Source: Candidatus Cloacimonadales bacterium (GTDB lineage Bacteria > Cloacimonadota > Cloacimonadia > Cloacimonadales > DAONDQ01). Taken from it: 64,000 nt of DNA. The DNA lies in the NCBI GenBank assembly GCA_963662275.1, contig OY759316.1, positions 1,728,001 through 1,792,000 on the forward strand, given 5' to 3'. The notes under the pieces were generated by a model that did not search any database, was not told where the DNA came from, and saw nothing but the letters and a program-made list of their open reading frames with translations. Shown here piece after piece: positions 1 through 10,514 of the stretch (the first letter of the stretch is position 1; every line of letters begins with the position of its first letter). The position numbers and the translations under genes were made by a program.

Positions 1-2091
1 TTTGAAAATAATCCCTATAAGCGTCCGATCATTGGTACAATTGAATCCCTGGGAGCTGCTACACCGGATAAGCTGAGAGACTTCTATCATCGTTATTATA
101 TACCGGAAAACTGCTTTATTGTGATTACCGGCGATATTGATATCAAGACTCTTAAGAACAAGGTCTTTTCTCAATTTGGTGCCTGGCGTCCTGCTTTTGT
201 GATCGAGAAAGAAGAAAAGATCAAAGATCACTATCCCCAGGAATATCGCTTCATCAGGATTAATAAACTTGTTGGGCGTGACCTAATAGCTTTTATTTTA
301 CCTGAACTCTCCGAACAGGATCCTGAATCCTACATTTTATCATTAATCACAAAGGCTTTTGCTGTCGGCAAGAATTCACGTCTTCATAAACGTCTTTATG
401 ATCATGAGCAACTTGTTGAACAGATTAAAGTTCATTCCCTGAGCGGGTTATACGAAGGGATATCCGTCATTGAGATCGTACCAAAGAAAAGCGTATCTCT
501 TGATCGGATTATCACTTGCTTTTTTGATGAATTTGAAAAGCTTCGCAGGGAATCACTCAGTTCTGATGAAATACGCAAGCAAAAGCAGGAGTTACAGCAT
601 TCGTACAGGTTTTCCTTTGAGTATGCTGAAACCCTGGGTATGACTCTTGCCTCAGAAGAAATACTTGGTTCCTATAAACATGTATTCAATTACCTGCCCA
701 TTGTTGCAACCATTTCGAACGATGACTGTAAAAGGCTGATCGGTAAGTATTTTCGTTATGAATATATGGCTTTATTTCATATGGGGAAAGCCATCATCAA
801 TGAATCGAAGATCAATGAAATAATCACAAAAAATACACATCCTGTTTCTTTTGTTCCCAATCATGAAGATTACCGGGAAGTGATGCTTGACAACGGTATG
901 AAACTCATGTTGAAAAAAGTGAAGGGAAAACCGACAATAGGTATCAGTATCAGCAGGAAACTGTCACAATTACAGGAAAGTGAAACACAGCGGGGAATCA
1001 ACCTCCTGATGTCTTCATCTATTTTGTATGGAAATGAAAAAAGAGATTACAATACTTTCCTGGAGTATTGCCTGGAGAATGGGATTAATGTGCATATGTC
1101 ACCCGGTTCGGAAAGTACGACTTTAAAAGTGAAATGCTTCTCAGATATGCTTTCGGAAACATTGCAATTGATAAGAGAAATACTGGAAAAACCTCTTTTT
1201 CCTGAAAAACATATACAAAACCTGAAGAAGACTTTTATCAGCAACCTGCTGCGAACTAAGGATTATCCTAGTGAATATGCTTCTCTACTTTGGAAAAGAA
1301 TGCTTCTGGGGAAAGACTGTAACATTATAAATCGGGAAGGAACAGCCTCCACGCTACGTTCCATAAAAAGGGAAGATGTCCTTGATTGGTTTACCCATTA
1401 CAGGCAATATGATAAAATGAATATTGCCATCGTGGGTGATATCGATATGGATAAATTACCTGAACAATGTAATTCCATATTCTCGATGAGGACAAAAAAA
1501 CGGAAAGACCTGATATCACAACTGAATTTGAATCCCAACCCTAAAAGGAAGATCATTCTTACTCATGACCAGGATCAGTCTATTATCAATTGGGGCGGAT
1601 TCGGCTGCACAAGCCGGGATAAGGAAAGAAATACAGCGTCGCATGTGCTTTCCCAAATCATTGGCGGGGAGATCAATTCCCGAATGTTTGACGTATTGCG
1701 AGAACAACTGGGCATTGCCTACAGCGTTGGATATGATTTTACTTCAATACAGGATGTTGGTTATTTCCTGGCATATGCGATCGTGGATAAAGATAATGAA
1801 AAAGAAGCCATGAAAGCAATTGGGGAGATATTTAAAGATATCAGCAAAAACGGTGTGAAGGATGTCGAGATCGAAACTGCAAGGAATTACATTCGCGGGC
1901 AAAGATTGCAGGATGAGGAAAGCGTCCTTTCCCAGGCTGGTCAACTTGCCATGCTAGATATCCTTGGGTTTGACCATGCCTATTTCCTGAAACGCGATGA
2001 ACGTCTGAAAGCTGTGAATAATGATCTGATTCATAATATAGCTGAAAGTTATTTCAGGGAAGATAACTACCACATTCATATATTTAATTAA
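1..2091 (+). CDS. M16 family (insulinase/pitrilysin-like) zinc peptidase, 5'-truncated by the window edge
   Basis: Frame 1 is open from base 1 (FENNPYKRPIIGT...FYHRYYIPENCFIVITGD); C-terminal SRMFDVLREQLGIAY M16 motif. Confidence 0.85.
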   Translation, partial: FENNPYKRPIIGTIESLGAATPDKLRDFYHRYYIPENCFIVITGDIDIKTLKNKVFSQFGAWRPAFVIEKEEKIKDHYPQEYRFIRINKLVGRDLIAFILPELSEQDPESYILSLITKAFAVGKNSRLHKRLYDHEQLVEQIKVHSLSGLYEGISVIEIVPKKSVSLDRIITCFFDEFEKLRRESLSSDEIRKQKQELQHSYRFSFEYAETLGMTLASEEILGSYKHVFNYLPIVATISNDDCKRLIGKYFRYEYMALFHMGKAIINESKINEIITKNTHPVSFVPNHEDYREVMLDNGMKLMLKKVKGKPTIGISISRKLSQLQESETQRGINLLMSSSILYGNEKRDYNTFLEYCLENGINVHMSPGSESTTLKVKCFSDMLSETLQLIREILEKPLFPEKHIQNLKKTFISNLLRTKDYPSEYASLLWKRMLLGKDCNIINREGTASTLRSIKREDVLDWFTHYRQYDKMNIAIVGDIDMDKLPEQCNSIFSMRTKKRKDLISQLNLNPNPKRKIILTHDQDQSIINWGGFGCTSRDKERNTASHVLSQIIGGEINSRMFDVLREQLGIAYSVGYDFTSIQDVGYFLAYAIVDKDNEKEAMKAIGEIFKDISKNGVKDVEIETARNYIRGQRLQDEESVLSQAGQLAMLDILGFDHAYFLKRDERLKAVNNDLIHNIAESYFREDNYHIHIFN

Positions 2092-2125
2092 CGGATAATC
2101 TTATGTCTTTATATGTTTTAGATAA

Positions 2126-2281
2126 GACCCCCCTTCCCCCCTTTCCAAGGGGGGATTGTGGAACGTTTCCCATTCGACTCACCCCCGCCCCCTCTCTTTT
2201 TCTAAAAGAGGGGAGTTCAGATTCTCAATTACTCTCTACAAGATTCCTCCCCCTTAATCCTCTCTCTTCCAGGAGGGTGGA
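2126..2281. repeat. Cluster of three C/G-rich REP-like palindromes
   Basis: TCCCCCCTT-TCC-AAGGGGGGA (2135-2155), CCCCTCTCTTTT..AAAAGAGGGG and a degenerate third copy. Confidence 0.6.
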
Positions 2282-3052
2282 GTGATAACGATTGGTATTG
2301 ATGCCGGTTCACGAACAACAAAGCTGGTTCTCTTTGACAGTATGGAAGGCAGGATATTATTCGCAGGATTTCAAGATACCGGGATCAATCCGAAACATGC
2401 TGCTGAAGAGCTTTTGACCGAAGCATTTCAACAAACAAAATTATCCTACATTAATATAGATATGATTTATGCAACCGGTTATAGTCGGAATATGATTGAT
2501 TTCGCTCACAAGACTTTATCTGAAATTTCATGCCATGCTATGGGGGTAAGTTATTTCTTTCCGGGTACGAGATTGGTCATTGATGTAGGTGGACAGGATT
2601 CTAAAGTTATCACGATTGGGGAAGATGGGAAGGTCATGGATTTTGCCATGAACGATAAATGCGCTGCCGGTACAGGTCGCTTCCTGGAAGTGACAGCCAA
2701 TATCCTGCACTGTGAGATTAACGAATTAAGTTCTCTTTCAAAACAGGCAGACAAGGTTATTGAGATCAACAGTACCTGCGTTGTCTTTGCTGAATCAGAG
2801 ATCATAGGGCTGATATCACAAGGCAACTCTATACCGAATATTATCAATGCGATTCACATATCTGTCGTAAAAAGACTCGTAAACCTGGTTTCACAGGTTC
2901 GTTGGTCTGCTCCTATTGTCTTTACAGGTGGGGTTGCAAGGAATACCGCTTTGGTAGAGCTTTGTGGTAAAGAATTGAAACAAAAGATAAGCATTCCAGA
3001 GCAATCCATTATCACTGCTGCTCTTGGTGCTGCGATGATGGCAGCAATGTAG
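2282..3052 (+). CDS. 2-hydroxyacyl-CoA dehydratase activator (BadF/BadG/BcrA/BcrD ASKHA ATPase, HgdC-like)
   Basis: GIDAGSRTTK, ATGY, IDVGGQDSK, MNDKCAAGTG, STCVVFAESE and TGGVA motifs. Confidence 0.9.
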   Translation: MITIGIDAGSRTTKLVLFDSMEGRILFAGFQDTGINPKHAAEELLTEAFQQTKLSYINIDMIYATGYSRNMIDFAHKTLSEISCHAMGVSYFFPGTRLVIDVGGQDSKVITIGEDGKVMDFAMNDKCAAGTGRFLEVTANILHCEINELSSLSKQADKVIEINSTCVVFAESEIIGLISQGNSIPNIINAIHISVVKRLVNLVSQVRWSAPIVFTGGVARNTALVELCGKELKQKISIPEQSIITAALGAAMMAAM

Positions 3053-3126
3053 GGGTCCGCATCAGCAGACCCAAACATATCCTTGAAATTTAATTAGAGA
3101 TTGGGTCTGCTGACGCGGTCCCCTAC
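3049..3126. repeat. GTAG-type REP inverted doublet (REPIN-like)
   Basis: GTAGGGGTCCGCATCAGCAGACCC ... GGGTCTGCTGACGCGGTCCCCTAC. Confidence 0.75.
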
Positions 3127-3141
3127 TGCTCAGGGTGAATT

Positions 3142-3927
3142 ATGAAAATCGATTATCATTTGCATTCAACATTCAGCGCAGATGCGTTCTCAGATGCTGA
3201 AGATATCATTAGAAAAGCCATTCAATGCGGATATTCTGAAATAGCCTTTACAGAGCATTATGATCTTTTGCCTTCGGAAATAGCCATTTATGGAATTCCT
3301 CCTTTTATCACATATCAGCAGCGCATTGCTGAGCTTCAAAACAAGTATCCTGAAATATCAATACTTCTTGGGATAGAAGCTGGAGAATTTCATCTTGTGC
3401 AGATGCTCTATAATCAAATTACGAAGTTTAGGAGACCAGATCTTCTAATAGCATCCATTCATTTGCTTTCGGATGGAAAGAATACATCCGTTCCTTTTGA
3501 TATACCACTTACAAGCTCTGAAATCCATGATTACTATGCTGAAAACCTGAAACTGGTACAACTAGGTAGTTTTGATATTTTGGGGCACCTGGGTATCTAT
3601 AAACGCTATTACGAGATGCATCCCAGGGAAGAAGACTCCTGTTATGGATTGATCGCAGATATTTTCAAAGAAATGATCAAAAAGGACATCGCACTGGAAA
3701 TCAATTATTCAGGTTTACGTAAATCCCTGCATTCATTGATACCGGAACCGGAGCACATTAAATTGTATCGAGAGTTGGGCGGAAAGCTGCTGACCATTGG
3801 TTCTGATTCTCATCATGTTGACCAGTTCGATGATCTGTATGATATTGCCATCCAACAAATTAAAGATATGCATATATATCAGTTATATCATAAAGTAAAT
3901 GGCGGTTGGGAAGGATATGACATATAG
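3142..3927 (+). CDS. PHP-domain histidinol-phosphatase (HisJ family)
   Basis: DYHLHS, FTEH, GIE, ASIH, ILGHL and GSDSH motifs. Confidence 0.85.
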   Translation: MKIDYHLHSTFSADAFSDAEDIIRKAIQCGYSEIAFTEHYDLLPSEIAIYGIPPFITYQQRIAELQNKYPEISILLGIEAGEFHLVQMLYNQITKFRRPDLLIASIHLLSDGKNTSVPFDIPLTSSEIHDYYAENLKLVQLGSFDILGHLGIYKRYYEMHPREEDSCYGLIADIFKEMIKKDIALEINYSGLRKSLHSLIPEPEHIKLYRELGGKLLTIGSDSHHVDQFDDLYDIAIQQIKDMHIYQLYHKVNGGWEGYDI

Positions 3928-4115
3928 GTAGCAGGGTACAGGGTACAGGTGACAGGTGCTATTCCCATCTTAAATCAATCTTAAAATACATTACCTGAAA
4001 GAAACAGTCACCGAATTTATTACCACCTGAAGTTAGCAGTACATTTTTTTCTAAACAATTGACAAAGAAAACGGCCTTATATTTCATGAAATTCGTAATA
4101 TAACAGGGAGTGTGA

Positions 4116-5747
4116 ATGTCATATATCGTATTGGCAAGAAAATACAGACCACAGACGTTTGAAGAAATCTATGCCCAGGAACACATAACGCAGATCATGC
4201 ATAATTCGATTATATCCGGTCGGGTGAGTCATGCCTATCTTTTCACTGGTCCACGTGGAGTGGGGAAGACTTCAATGGCACGAATCCTGGCGAAGAGCCT
4301 GAACTGTATTCATGGTCCGATTCCAATTCCCTGTAATGTTTGTGATAATTGTCATGAAATTACCATGGGTACTTCACCTGATGTGATTGAAATAGATGGA
4401 GCATCCAATACAGGTGTGGATGATATTCGTGATCTCCAAAAAGAATTGATGTATTCAGCCAGTAAGTCACATTACAAAATATACATCATTGATGAAGTTC
4501 ATATGTTATCGAAGAATGCATTCAATGCTCTACTGAAAACCCTGGAAGAACCACCCGATAATGTTATTTTCATCTTTGCCACGACCGAACCGCAGAAGGT
4601 TCTTCCCACGATTGTTTCCCGTTGCCAGCGTTTTGATTTCAGACGCATACCAATCGATGCAATTGTGAAAAGGCTCCAGGATCTCTGTGGAAAGGAAAAC
4701 ATAGATATTGATGAAGATGCTCTTTTTCTCATTGCCAAGAAAGCTGATGGCGGGATGAGAGATGCTCTTTCGCTCATGGACCAGGTAATTTCGTTTGGTA
4801 CGGAACATATCACTATAGGTTTAGTGCGAAGTATCTTTGGTTTGCTATCTGATGAAGTCTATGACAGGATGATGGGCTTCATTAATGATCACCAGGCTGA
4901 CCAGATGGTTTGTCTTCTTCAACAGACGATGGAGGAAGGAAATGATATCCAGGAATTTATCACAGGATTTCTGGACTATACTCGACTGTTATTATTGATT
5001 AAGCTTGGTATCATCCCTTTAGATATTCCTTCCAACCAAATTGAAACCAGGAAGAATCTAGCTTCCTTATTCAATGAAGATACACTTCTCTATATTATCA
5101 CCTTACTCCTGAAACTTAACCAGGACTTACGAATCAGTAACAATCCGCTGATGGTTGCTGAGATCACTATGGTCAAAATGACACGCATATCTAAAATAGA
5201 TGATCTGAAATATTCCCTGGCTCAACTGGAACAATTTAAAACAGTCCCACTAACACAAACGGCACAAGCACCCCGACCAACTGCAAATTACCAGAAGAAT
5301 CCACAACAGACAACGGAAAGAACAATCCAAGAGCAGATTGTCAGAGAAGTGCAGAGTGAAATACCCAAAATTGAAGCTCTCACGATTGACATTTTAAACA
5401 AACACTGGAACCATATTATATCCCTGATCAAAAAGGAATTCATGGTATCAGGGGAGTACCTGCGTCAGTGTAAAGTTCAGAAAGTTGAGAAGAACATTAT
5501 CTATCTGATCACAGAATCTGACAATTTAATGAAGATGTCACGTGATGATAAATCAGTTATGGAGAATATTATTTCCAGGCAGTTCAATCTTCATATTGAA
5601 TTAGATATCAAGCAGGACACTGTTGAAAAAGAAAAAGTCATCACCAATCCCACAATTCAAGATGTTCAGAAATATAATCCAAATCTTGCGCAGTTCATTG
5701 AAGCAACAGATTCATTTATTGATACAGAGCATAGCAGCCATAAATAA
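4116..5747 (+). CDS. dnaX: DNA polymerase III subunit gamma/tau
   Basis: LARKYRPQTF, GPRGVGKT, zinc cysteines, IIDEVHML, FNALLKTLEEPP, SRCQ. Confidence 0.97.
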   Translation: MSYIVLARKYRPQTFEEIYAQEHITQIMHNSIISGRVSHAYLFTGPRGVGKTSMARILAKSLNCIHGPIPIPCNVCDNCHEITMGTSPDVIEIDGASNTGVDDIRDLQKELMYSASKSHYKIYIIDEVHMLSKNAFNALLKTLEEPPDNVIFIFATTEPQKVLPTIVSRCQRFDFRRIPIDAIVKRLQDLCGKENIDIDEDALFLIAKKADGGMRDALSLMDQVISFGTEHITIGLVRSIFGLLSDEVYDRMMGFINDHQADQMVCLLQQTMEEGNDIQEFITGFLDYTRLLLLIKLGIIPLDIPSNQIETRKNLASLFNEDTLLYIITLLLKLNQDLRISNNPLMVAEITMVKMTRISKIDDLKYSLAQLEQFKTVPLTQTAQAPRPTANYQKNPQQTTERTIQEQIVREVQSEIPKIEALTIDILNKHWNHIISLIKKEFMVSGEYLRQCKVQKVEKNIIYLITESDNLMKMSRDDKSVMENIISRQFNLHIELDIKQDTVEKEKVITNPTIQDVQKYNPNLAQFIEATDSFIDTEHSSHK

Positions 5748-6847
5748 TGACCTTTTATCTGTATTTACTACCCGGAATTATTTATAGCGGATTCCTGGTA
5801 TTTCTTGCCTTGGGATTACTCAGATTACCTAAACCTCCAAGGTTGAATACTTACCAGAAAATGTCCATTGTTGTAGCTGCACGAAATGAAGAGGAAAACC
5901 TGGATGATCTGATTAAGAGTCTCAGTTCGCAAAATTATCCTCCTGAAAATTATGAGATTATTATCGTCGATGATCGTTCAACTGATTCAACCCCTGATAT
6001 TTTGTCACGATATCAACAGCATATCCCAAATTTAAGGACAATACGCATCGATAAGGAAAATGTCAATATCATTGGAAAGAAGAATGCCCTGGATAAAGGG
6101 ATTCACATTGCGCAGTATGAAATCCTGGTTTTCACCGATGCAGACTGTATCATGGGAAAGAATTGGCTTCGTGAAATAGATAGATATATGACTGCCGATA
6201 CAGATTTTCTGACAGGATATTCTACATTGCAGATTACAGGTAAACCAGTACCCTCTTCCATGAAAAATTTGGAGAGAACGGTCTATGCAGCCATTGCTGC
6301 AGGAAGTTTTGGTTGGAAAATTGGAATTACCTGTACGGCAACGAATCTGATCTATCGTAAATCACTTTTTAATCAAGCGAAGGGATTTGATTCAATTGGG
6401 CATATCCGTTCTGGTGATGATGATCTCATGATGCTGAAAATGATGCCTTTCATACATAAGTTGAATTATATGACGACGCAGGATTCTCTAGTTGTAGCAA
6501 AGTATAACCTTACTCTTAATAGCCACTTATCCCTCGAAACACGACGTGCTTCCAAATTTAGATACTATCCATTATATTTGAAAAGCATTGCATTCATAAT
6601 ATTCCTGATTTTTATATACTTCTACATAGCTTTTCTATTGAGTTTGCTGAGTATCTTCAGTTGGTTATTTTTCTTAACACTGTTTCTGATTAAGACTGCA
6701 GGAGAAGTTATCCTGCTTCTACCATTTCTATCCAGGATCAGGAGAGTAAGTCTAATTTCAGTATATCCGATCCTGCTTATTTATTATCCTATACATTTTT
6801 TAATCTTCGCTTTCAAAGGAACATTCGGTTCTTATCAATGGAAGTAA
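5747..6847 (+). CDS. Membrane glycosyltransferase family 2
   Basis: SIVVAARNEE, VDDRSTD, GKKNAL, TDADC, SGDDD motifs; terminal transmembrane segments. Confidence 0.9.
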   Translation: MTFYLYLLPGIIYSGFLVFLALGLLRLPKPPRLNTYQKMSIVVAARNEEENLDDLIKSLSSQNYPPENYEIIIVDDRSTDSTPDILSRYQQHIPNLRTIRIDKENVNIIGKKNALDKGIHIAQYEILVFTDADCIMGKNWLREIDRYMTADTDFLTGYSTLQITGKPVPSSMKNLERTVYAAIAAGSFGWKIGITCTATNLIYRKSLFNQAKGFDSIGHIRSGDDDLMMLKMMPFIHKLNYMTTQDSLVVAKYNLTLNSHLSLETRRASKFRYYPLYLKSIAFIIFLIFIYFYIAFLLSLLSIFSWLFFLTLFLIKTAGEVILLLPFLSRIRRVSLISVYPILLIYYPIHFLIFAFKGTFGSYQWK

Positions 6848-6888
6848 TTGAAGAAGAGATAAAATTGGGAGAATCCAGACGATCTTGA

Positions 6889-7962
6889 TTAAATCTGACT
6901 TGATTTAGAAAGATAGTTCCTGATTAGCCTGGTATTAAACCAGTACAGGGGAGTCGCAATGATAGAGAAGAGAATACCAATTACCGATAAACCAACGATC
7001 AGTTTTCCTGCATTTATCAGAACATCTGCGCTTGTAATCATATTACCGAAGAGTATATTCGTATTTAAATTCAAATCATAAAAAAGATATATCTTTAAAG
7101 GTAAAACTACAGTATATATCAGTATCTTAAAGAATACTAATGATAACATAATGAGCGTTAAACGAATGAGCAAATACCTGAAGATATCTCCAGTTCTATG
7201 AATAATCAAAAATCTAGCTCTGTGATAACAGTAAGAAAATGACTTTCCTTTGATGCCTCTTTCCAAGGTTGTATCCAACATGAATTGCATGATAATCCAA
7301 GGGAAGGTGATAAAAACGATGGTTGTCCTGTAAATCATATAATTTAAATCAAGATGTATATTCATCATAGAAGAAAGTAGCATGTAACCCCAAGTAATGA
7401 CTATAAACAATACAGTCTGCAGTATCATCACAAATAGAAACTGAGTCAGTAATGGTATTCCATAATTCACTAATAAGGTGGGGATATCTTTCCAGGATAT
7501 GATGTAATGATCTAATCGAGATCTGTATTCCATTTCAGTAAGTAAGTGCATAATAAACATGATAACAAGATAAGTTATCATGCAAAAGATAATCAGAGGT
7601 AAGAATCCTTTGCTCTCTGAAAACAGGGAGGAAATAAATGTAGAATATGATTCATTATTGATAATGATGAAAATTAGGCTTGGAAGAAATACAATTTGAA
7701 AACCACTCCAGCCAATAAAAAAGAATCCCAGGAAGCGAATCAATTGCCAACTGATAGGTCGTTTCTTGTCAGGTGTAGTATTAGTCGAACGCAATTTCTC
7801 ATGTAAGAAAGTGGAAGTTTCATTTCTTTCTGTTATAGGAGTATAATCCGGTTTCGGTTCAATTTGTTCTATTTTATCTCCAAGTATTTCAACCGGAAAA
7901 TCTTTACCGTCTGCCATTATTACTCCTGTTCCATGATTGGGAACGTAAGTGTGTATAAGCAA
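6889..7962 (-). CDS. Hypothetical multi-pass membrane protein
   Basis: 357-aa ORF with about six hydrophobic stretches; no recognised motif; start uncertain. Confidence 0.55.
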   Translation of the reverse strand: MLIHTYVPNHGTGVIMADGKDFPVEILGDKIEQIEPKPDYTPITERNETSTFLHEKLRSTNTTPDKKRPISWQLIRFLGFFFIGWSGFQIVFLPSLIFIIINNESYSTFISSLFSESKGFLPLIIFCMITYLVIMFIMHLLTEMEYRSRLDHYIISWKDIPTLLVNYGIPLLTQFLFVMILQTVLFIVITWGYMLLSSMMNIHLDLNYMIYRTTIVFITFPWIIMQFMLDTTLERGIKGKSFSYCYHRARFLIIHRTGDIFRYLLIRLTLIMLSLVFFKILIYTVVLPLKIYLFYDLNLNTNILFGNMITSADVLINAGKLIVGLSVIGILFSIIATPLYWFNTRLIRNYLSKSSQI

Positions 7963-8075
7963 GCGCTGTCAATGAAATTTTCCTCGACAACATTTCAATT
8001 GCATTACTTATGGATATTATATATGATTGGTTTTTTAACGGTATTTGTTTAAACAACATAGGGAGGAGCTATATT

Positions 8076-8810
8076 TTGAATCGATTTATATCCGCAATAA
8101 AATATTCACTTTTTATAGTGTTACCAATCCTACTCAACGGATGTATTAATTATTGGTATCCTCCAGCAAATTCATTACCCACTAGACCTGTTTATGTATA
8201 TGGGAAGAAAGCAGAACCTACTGTGAATTTTGGTTTTCATAACTCATTAGGACAAAATAAAGGGGAAAGCAGTCAAATGGCAATTGGTGCATTCCGTGTG
8301 GGAGCACGTTACGGAATTATACAAAGTTTTGTAGGCTTAAGTGCATATGATGGTTTTTACAAAGTAGGTGCTATTGATTCAATCTATCAAAATAAATCCG
8401 CTTACGGTTTAGCCATTGAATGGGAAGGGAATCTTGTTATTCCAATACACAATGTCAATTTCGGAGCTGGAATATATCTCAGGGGTAATTCAGAATGGGG
8501 CGATTATACACAATTTCGGGAGTATTATCAAGCTAATCCTGATATAGATGCAGATGGCGAACGTGATGTTGATGCTAGTTACACTGGATGGGGTGATCTT
8601 CATTTAATATTGAATATTCATTCAAAATTGGATTTCACATTTATATACAGTCAATTTGCAATGGCTTATGATAATCAAATCCATCCAATAATCGGATGTG
8701 GTATCAGTTCACAACGTTGGGGAGGTTGGGTCACAATATCTTCAGTTAAGGATAACCAAACTAAAACTACTATTTTGGATCTAGGAATTTCATATAGGCT
8801 TGGGAAATGA
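8076..8810 (+). CDS. Hypothetical lipoprotein / outer-membrane beta-barrel-like protein
   Basis: GGGAGG RBS before TTG 8076; lipobox-like LLNGC; alternating aromatic pattern ending in DLGISYRL. Confidence 0.55.
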   Translation: MNRFISAIKYSLFIVLPILLNGCINYWYPPANSLPTRPVYVYGKKAEPTVNFGFHNSLGQNKGESSQMAIGAFRVGARYGIIQSFVGLSAYDGFYKVGAIDSIYQNKSAYGLAIEWEGNLVIPIHNVNFGAGIYLRGNSEWGDYTQFREYYQANPDIDADGERDVDASYTGWGDLHLILNIHSKLDFTFIYSQFAMAYDNQIHPIIGCGISSQRWGGWVTISSVKDNQTKTTILDLGISYRLGK

Positions 8811-8932
8811 CCGTAAGGAAAATAATTATCAAGGTATTTCATTTCATTGATAGTCGCTTTCTTTCTTGACACAATTATTTAAAATCAGCATAGGTTCAGC
8901 ATATTATCAGACAATTCACAAGATAATATAAA

Positions 8933-9787
8933 ATGAGGATGATTATGGAAAAAACCGGATTTCAGAAAGTTGGTATTTATGTGGATGTATCGAATATAGC
9001 CCAGAATGGGGGATATGGAATGCAGTATGATGTGTTACGCGAATTTGGATGTCGTAATTATGGAATTGCTGTCCGATTGAATGCTTATGTTGCCTTTGAT
9101 GAAGAGAAAGCTAAAACGAATCCAGAATATAGAACCAAATCACAGAATTTTCATGCTATTCTGCGTGATTTTGGTTTCAAGGTGATAGTGAAAAAAGTCC
9201 GATTTTTCTATGATGAATTTGGTAACCGCTATGGTAAGGCAAATGCTGATTTGGATATGGCAGTGGATGCATTGTCACAATCAGATAGGTTAGATTCAGT
9301 TTTGCTTGTAACAGGGGATGGTGATTTTGCTCAAGTGATTAGAGCATTACAAAATAAAGGTTGCCGCGTGGAATGCCTGGCTTTCAAGAATGTCTCTCAT
9401 TTATTAAAAACGGAAGCTGATGTATTTACGTCCGGTTATCTCGTACCTGATCTCCTACCTCCAGTAAAGGAATATCCTGAAGCGATCTCCATCCTGAAAT
9501 GGGGTGAAGAGGGAAGTGTAGTTAGAGGTATTTGTTATGCATTCTATCGTGAAAAAGGCTTTGGTTTTATGAGAGTTATGAAGAGTTACCAAGGTGGTCT
9601 CTGGATCACTGATTCCCGAAAAGATGATTCTCCCTATATGACTGTTTTTGTGCATGAATCACAGGTACCGGATAATATCTCAGTATTTACTTTACCTAAT
9701 CGAGACCAGGTATTCGAGTTCAGGATACAGAATGGTGACAAAGGTGTTCAAGCAATAGAAGTGACAGCGATTACACCGACACTTTAA
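8933..9787 (+). CDS. NYN (LabA/DUF88, PIN-like) nuclease fused to a C-terminal cold-shock-like domain
   Basis: YVDVSN, ADLDMAVD and VTGDGDF acidic motifs; KGFGF and VFVH RNP-like motifs. Confidence 0.85.
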   Translation: MRMIMEKTGFQKVGIYVDVSNIAQNGGYGMQYDVLREFGCRNYGIAVRLNAYVAFDEEKAKTNPEYRTKSQNFHAILRDFGFKVIVKKVRFFYDEFGNRYGKANADLDMAVDALSQSDRLDSVLLVTGDGDFAQVIRALQNKGCRVECLAFKNVSHLLKTEADVFTSGYLVPDLLPPVKEYPEAISILKWGEEGSVVRGICYAFYREKGFGFMRVMKSYQGGLWITDSRKDDSPYMTVFVHESQVPDNISVFTLPNRDQVFEFRIQNGDKGVQAIEVTAITPTL

Positions 9788-9802
9788 ACAATTAACACTT
9801 TA

Positions 9803-9860
9803 GAGTCCGAATTTCCTATAAGTTCAGTATTCATTAAAGATTCGAAGGAAATTTGGACTC
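9803..9860. repeat. 15-bp inverted repeat between convergent genes, possible bidirectional terminator
   Basis: GAGTCCGAATTTCCT ... AGGAAATTTGGACTC. Confidence 0.55.
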
Positions 9861-9873
9861 ATATTATTTTGTT

Positions 9874-10503
9874 TTATTTCATATATTTCAAGTACTTGTT
9901 TCCCATCAGGAATTCGTCTGTGAGGATAAGATTCTTTTTCACTGCTCGTAAAATCACTTTGAAATCATCAGTCTTCAGATCCGGATTCGCTATTTTACTG
10001 ATCCTGGTATCAAAGGCAGTGACACCTTTTTGCACATCATATCCATAGAATTCTTTCAGACTGAGACCGGCAAATTGCTTTCCGAATGCCGGATCACGGA
10101 ATTTCTTTGCGTTGGGAGAAGTGATTTTCTGGATATAAAACGCCTTAATGATACCATCCTTATCTAGGGCAAGAAATACCTGGATACCACCATATTTACC
10201 TTTCTGATTCACACCATGGATATAGCCGATTAGTTCTTTGCCCTTATATATCTGGTACATAGTATAGGGAACATCCATTGTTTCATAAAGCCCTTGGAAT
10301 TTATCTCCCAATCTTTCTTCAATCTTACTAAGGAGCGCGGTTCCACCTCTCTGTGATATAGAAACATAGAGTGTCTTATAACTCGTGTTATCGGGGAAGA
10401 GTCTTTTAACATCACGGTCTGGGTCACTTAAATCACAACCAACAGCAGCAGATAGAAACACGGAAAAAGTAAGTAATGTGAGAAATAAAAGTATGGTTTT
10501 CAT
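9874..10503 (-). CDS. Exported FMN_bind-like protein
   Basis: Signal peptide; GKYGGIQVFLALDKDGII...FGKQFAG resembles the RnfG/FMN_bind fold. Confidence 0.55.
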   Translation of the reverse strand: MKTILLFLTLLTFSVFLSAAVGCDLSDPDRDVKRLFPDNTSYKTLYVSISQRGGTALLSKIEERLGDKFQGLYETMDVPYTMYQIYKGKELIGYIHGVNQKGKYGGIQVFLALDKDGIIKAFYIQKITSPNAKKFRDPAFGKQFAGLSLKEFYGYDVQKGVTAFDTRISKIANPDLKTDDFKVILRAVKKNLILTDEFLMGNKYLKYMK

Positions 10504-10514
10504 ACATTCATCCT

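Noticed and set aside
2103..2285. 60-aa ORF
   Set aside because: Pro-rich translation of REP-like palindromes
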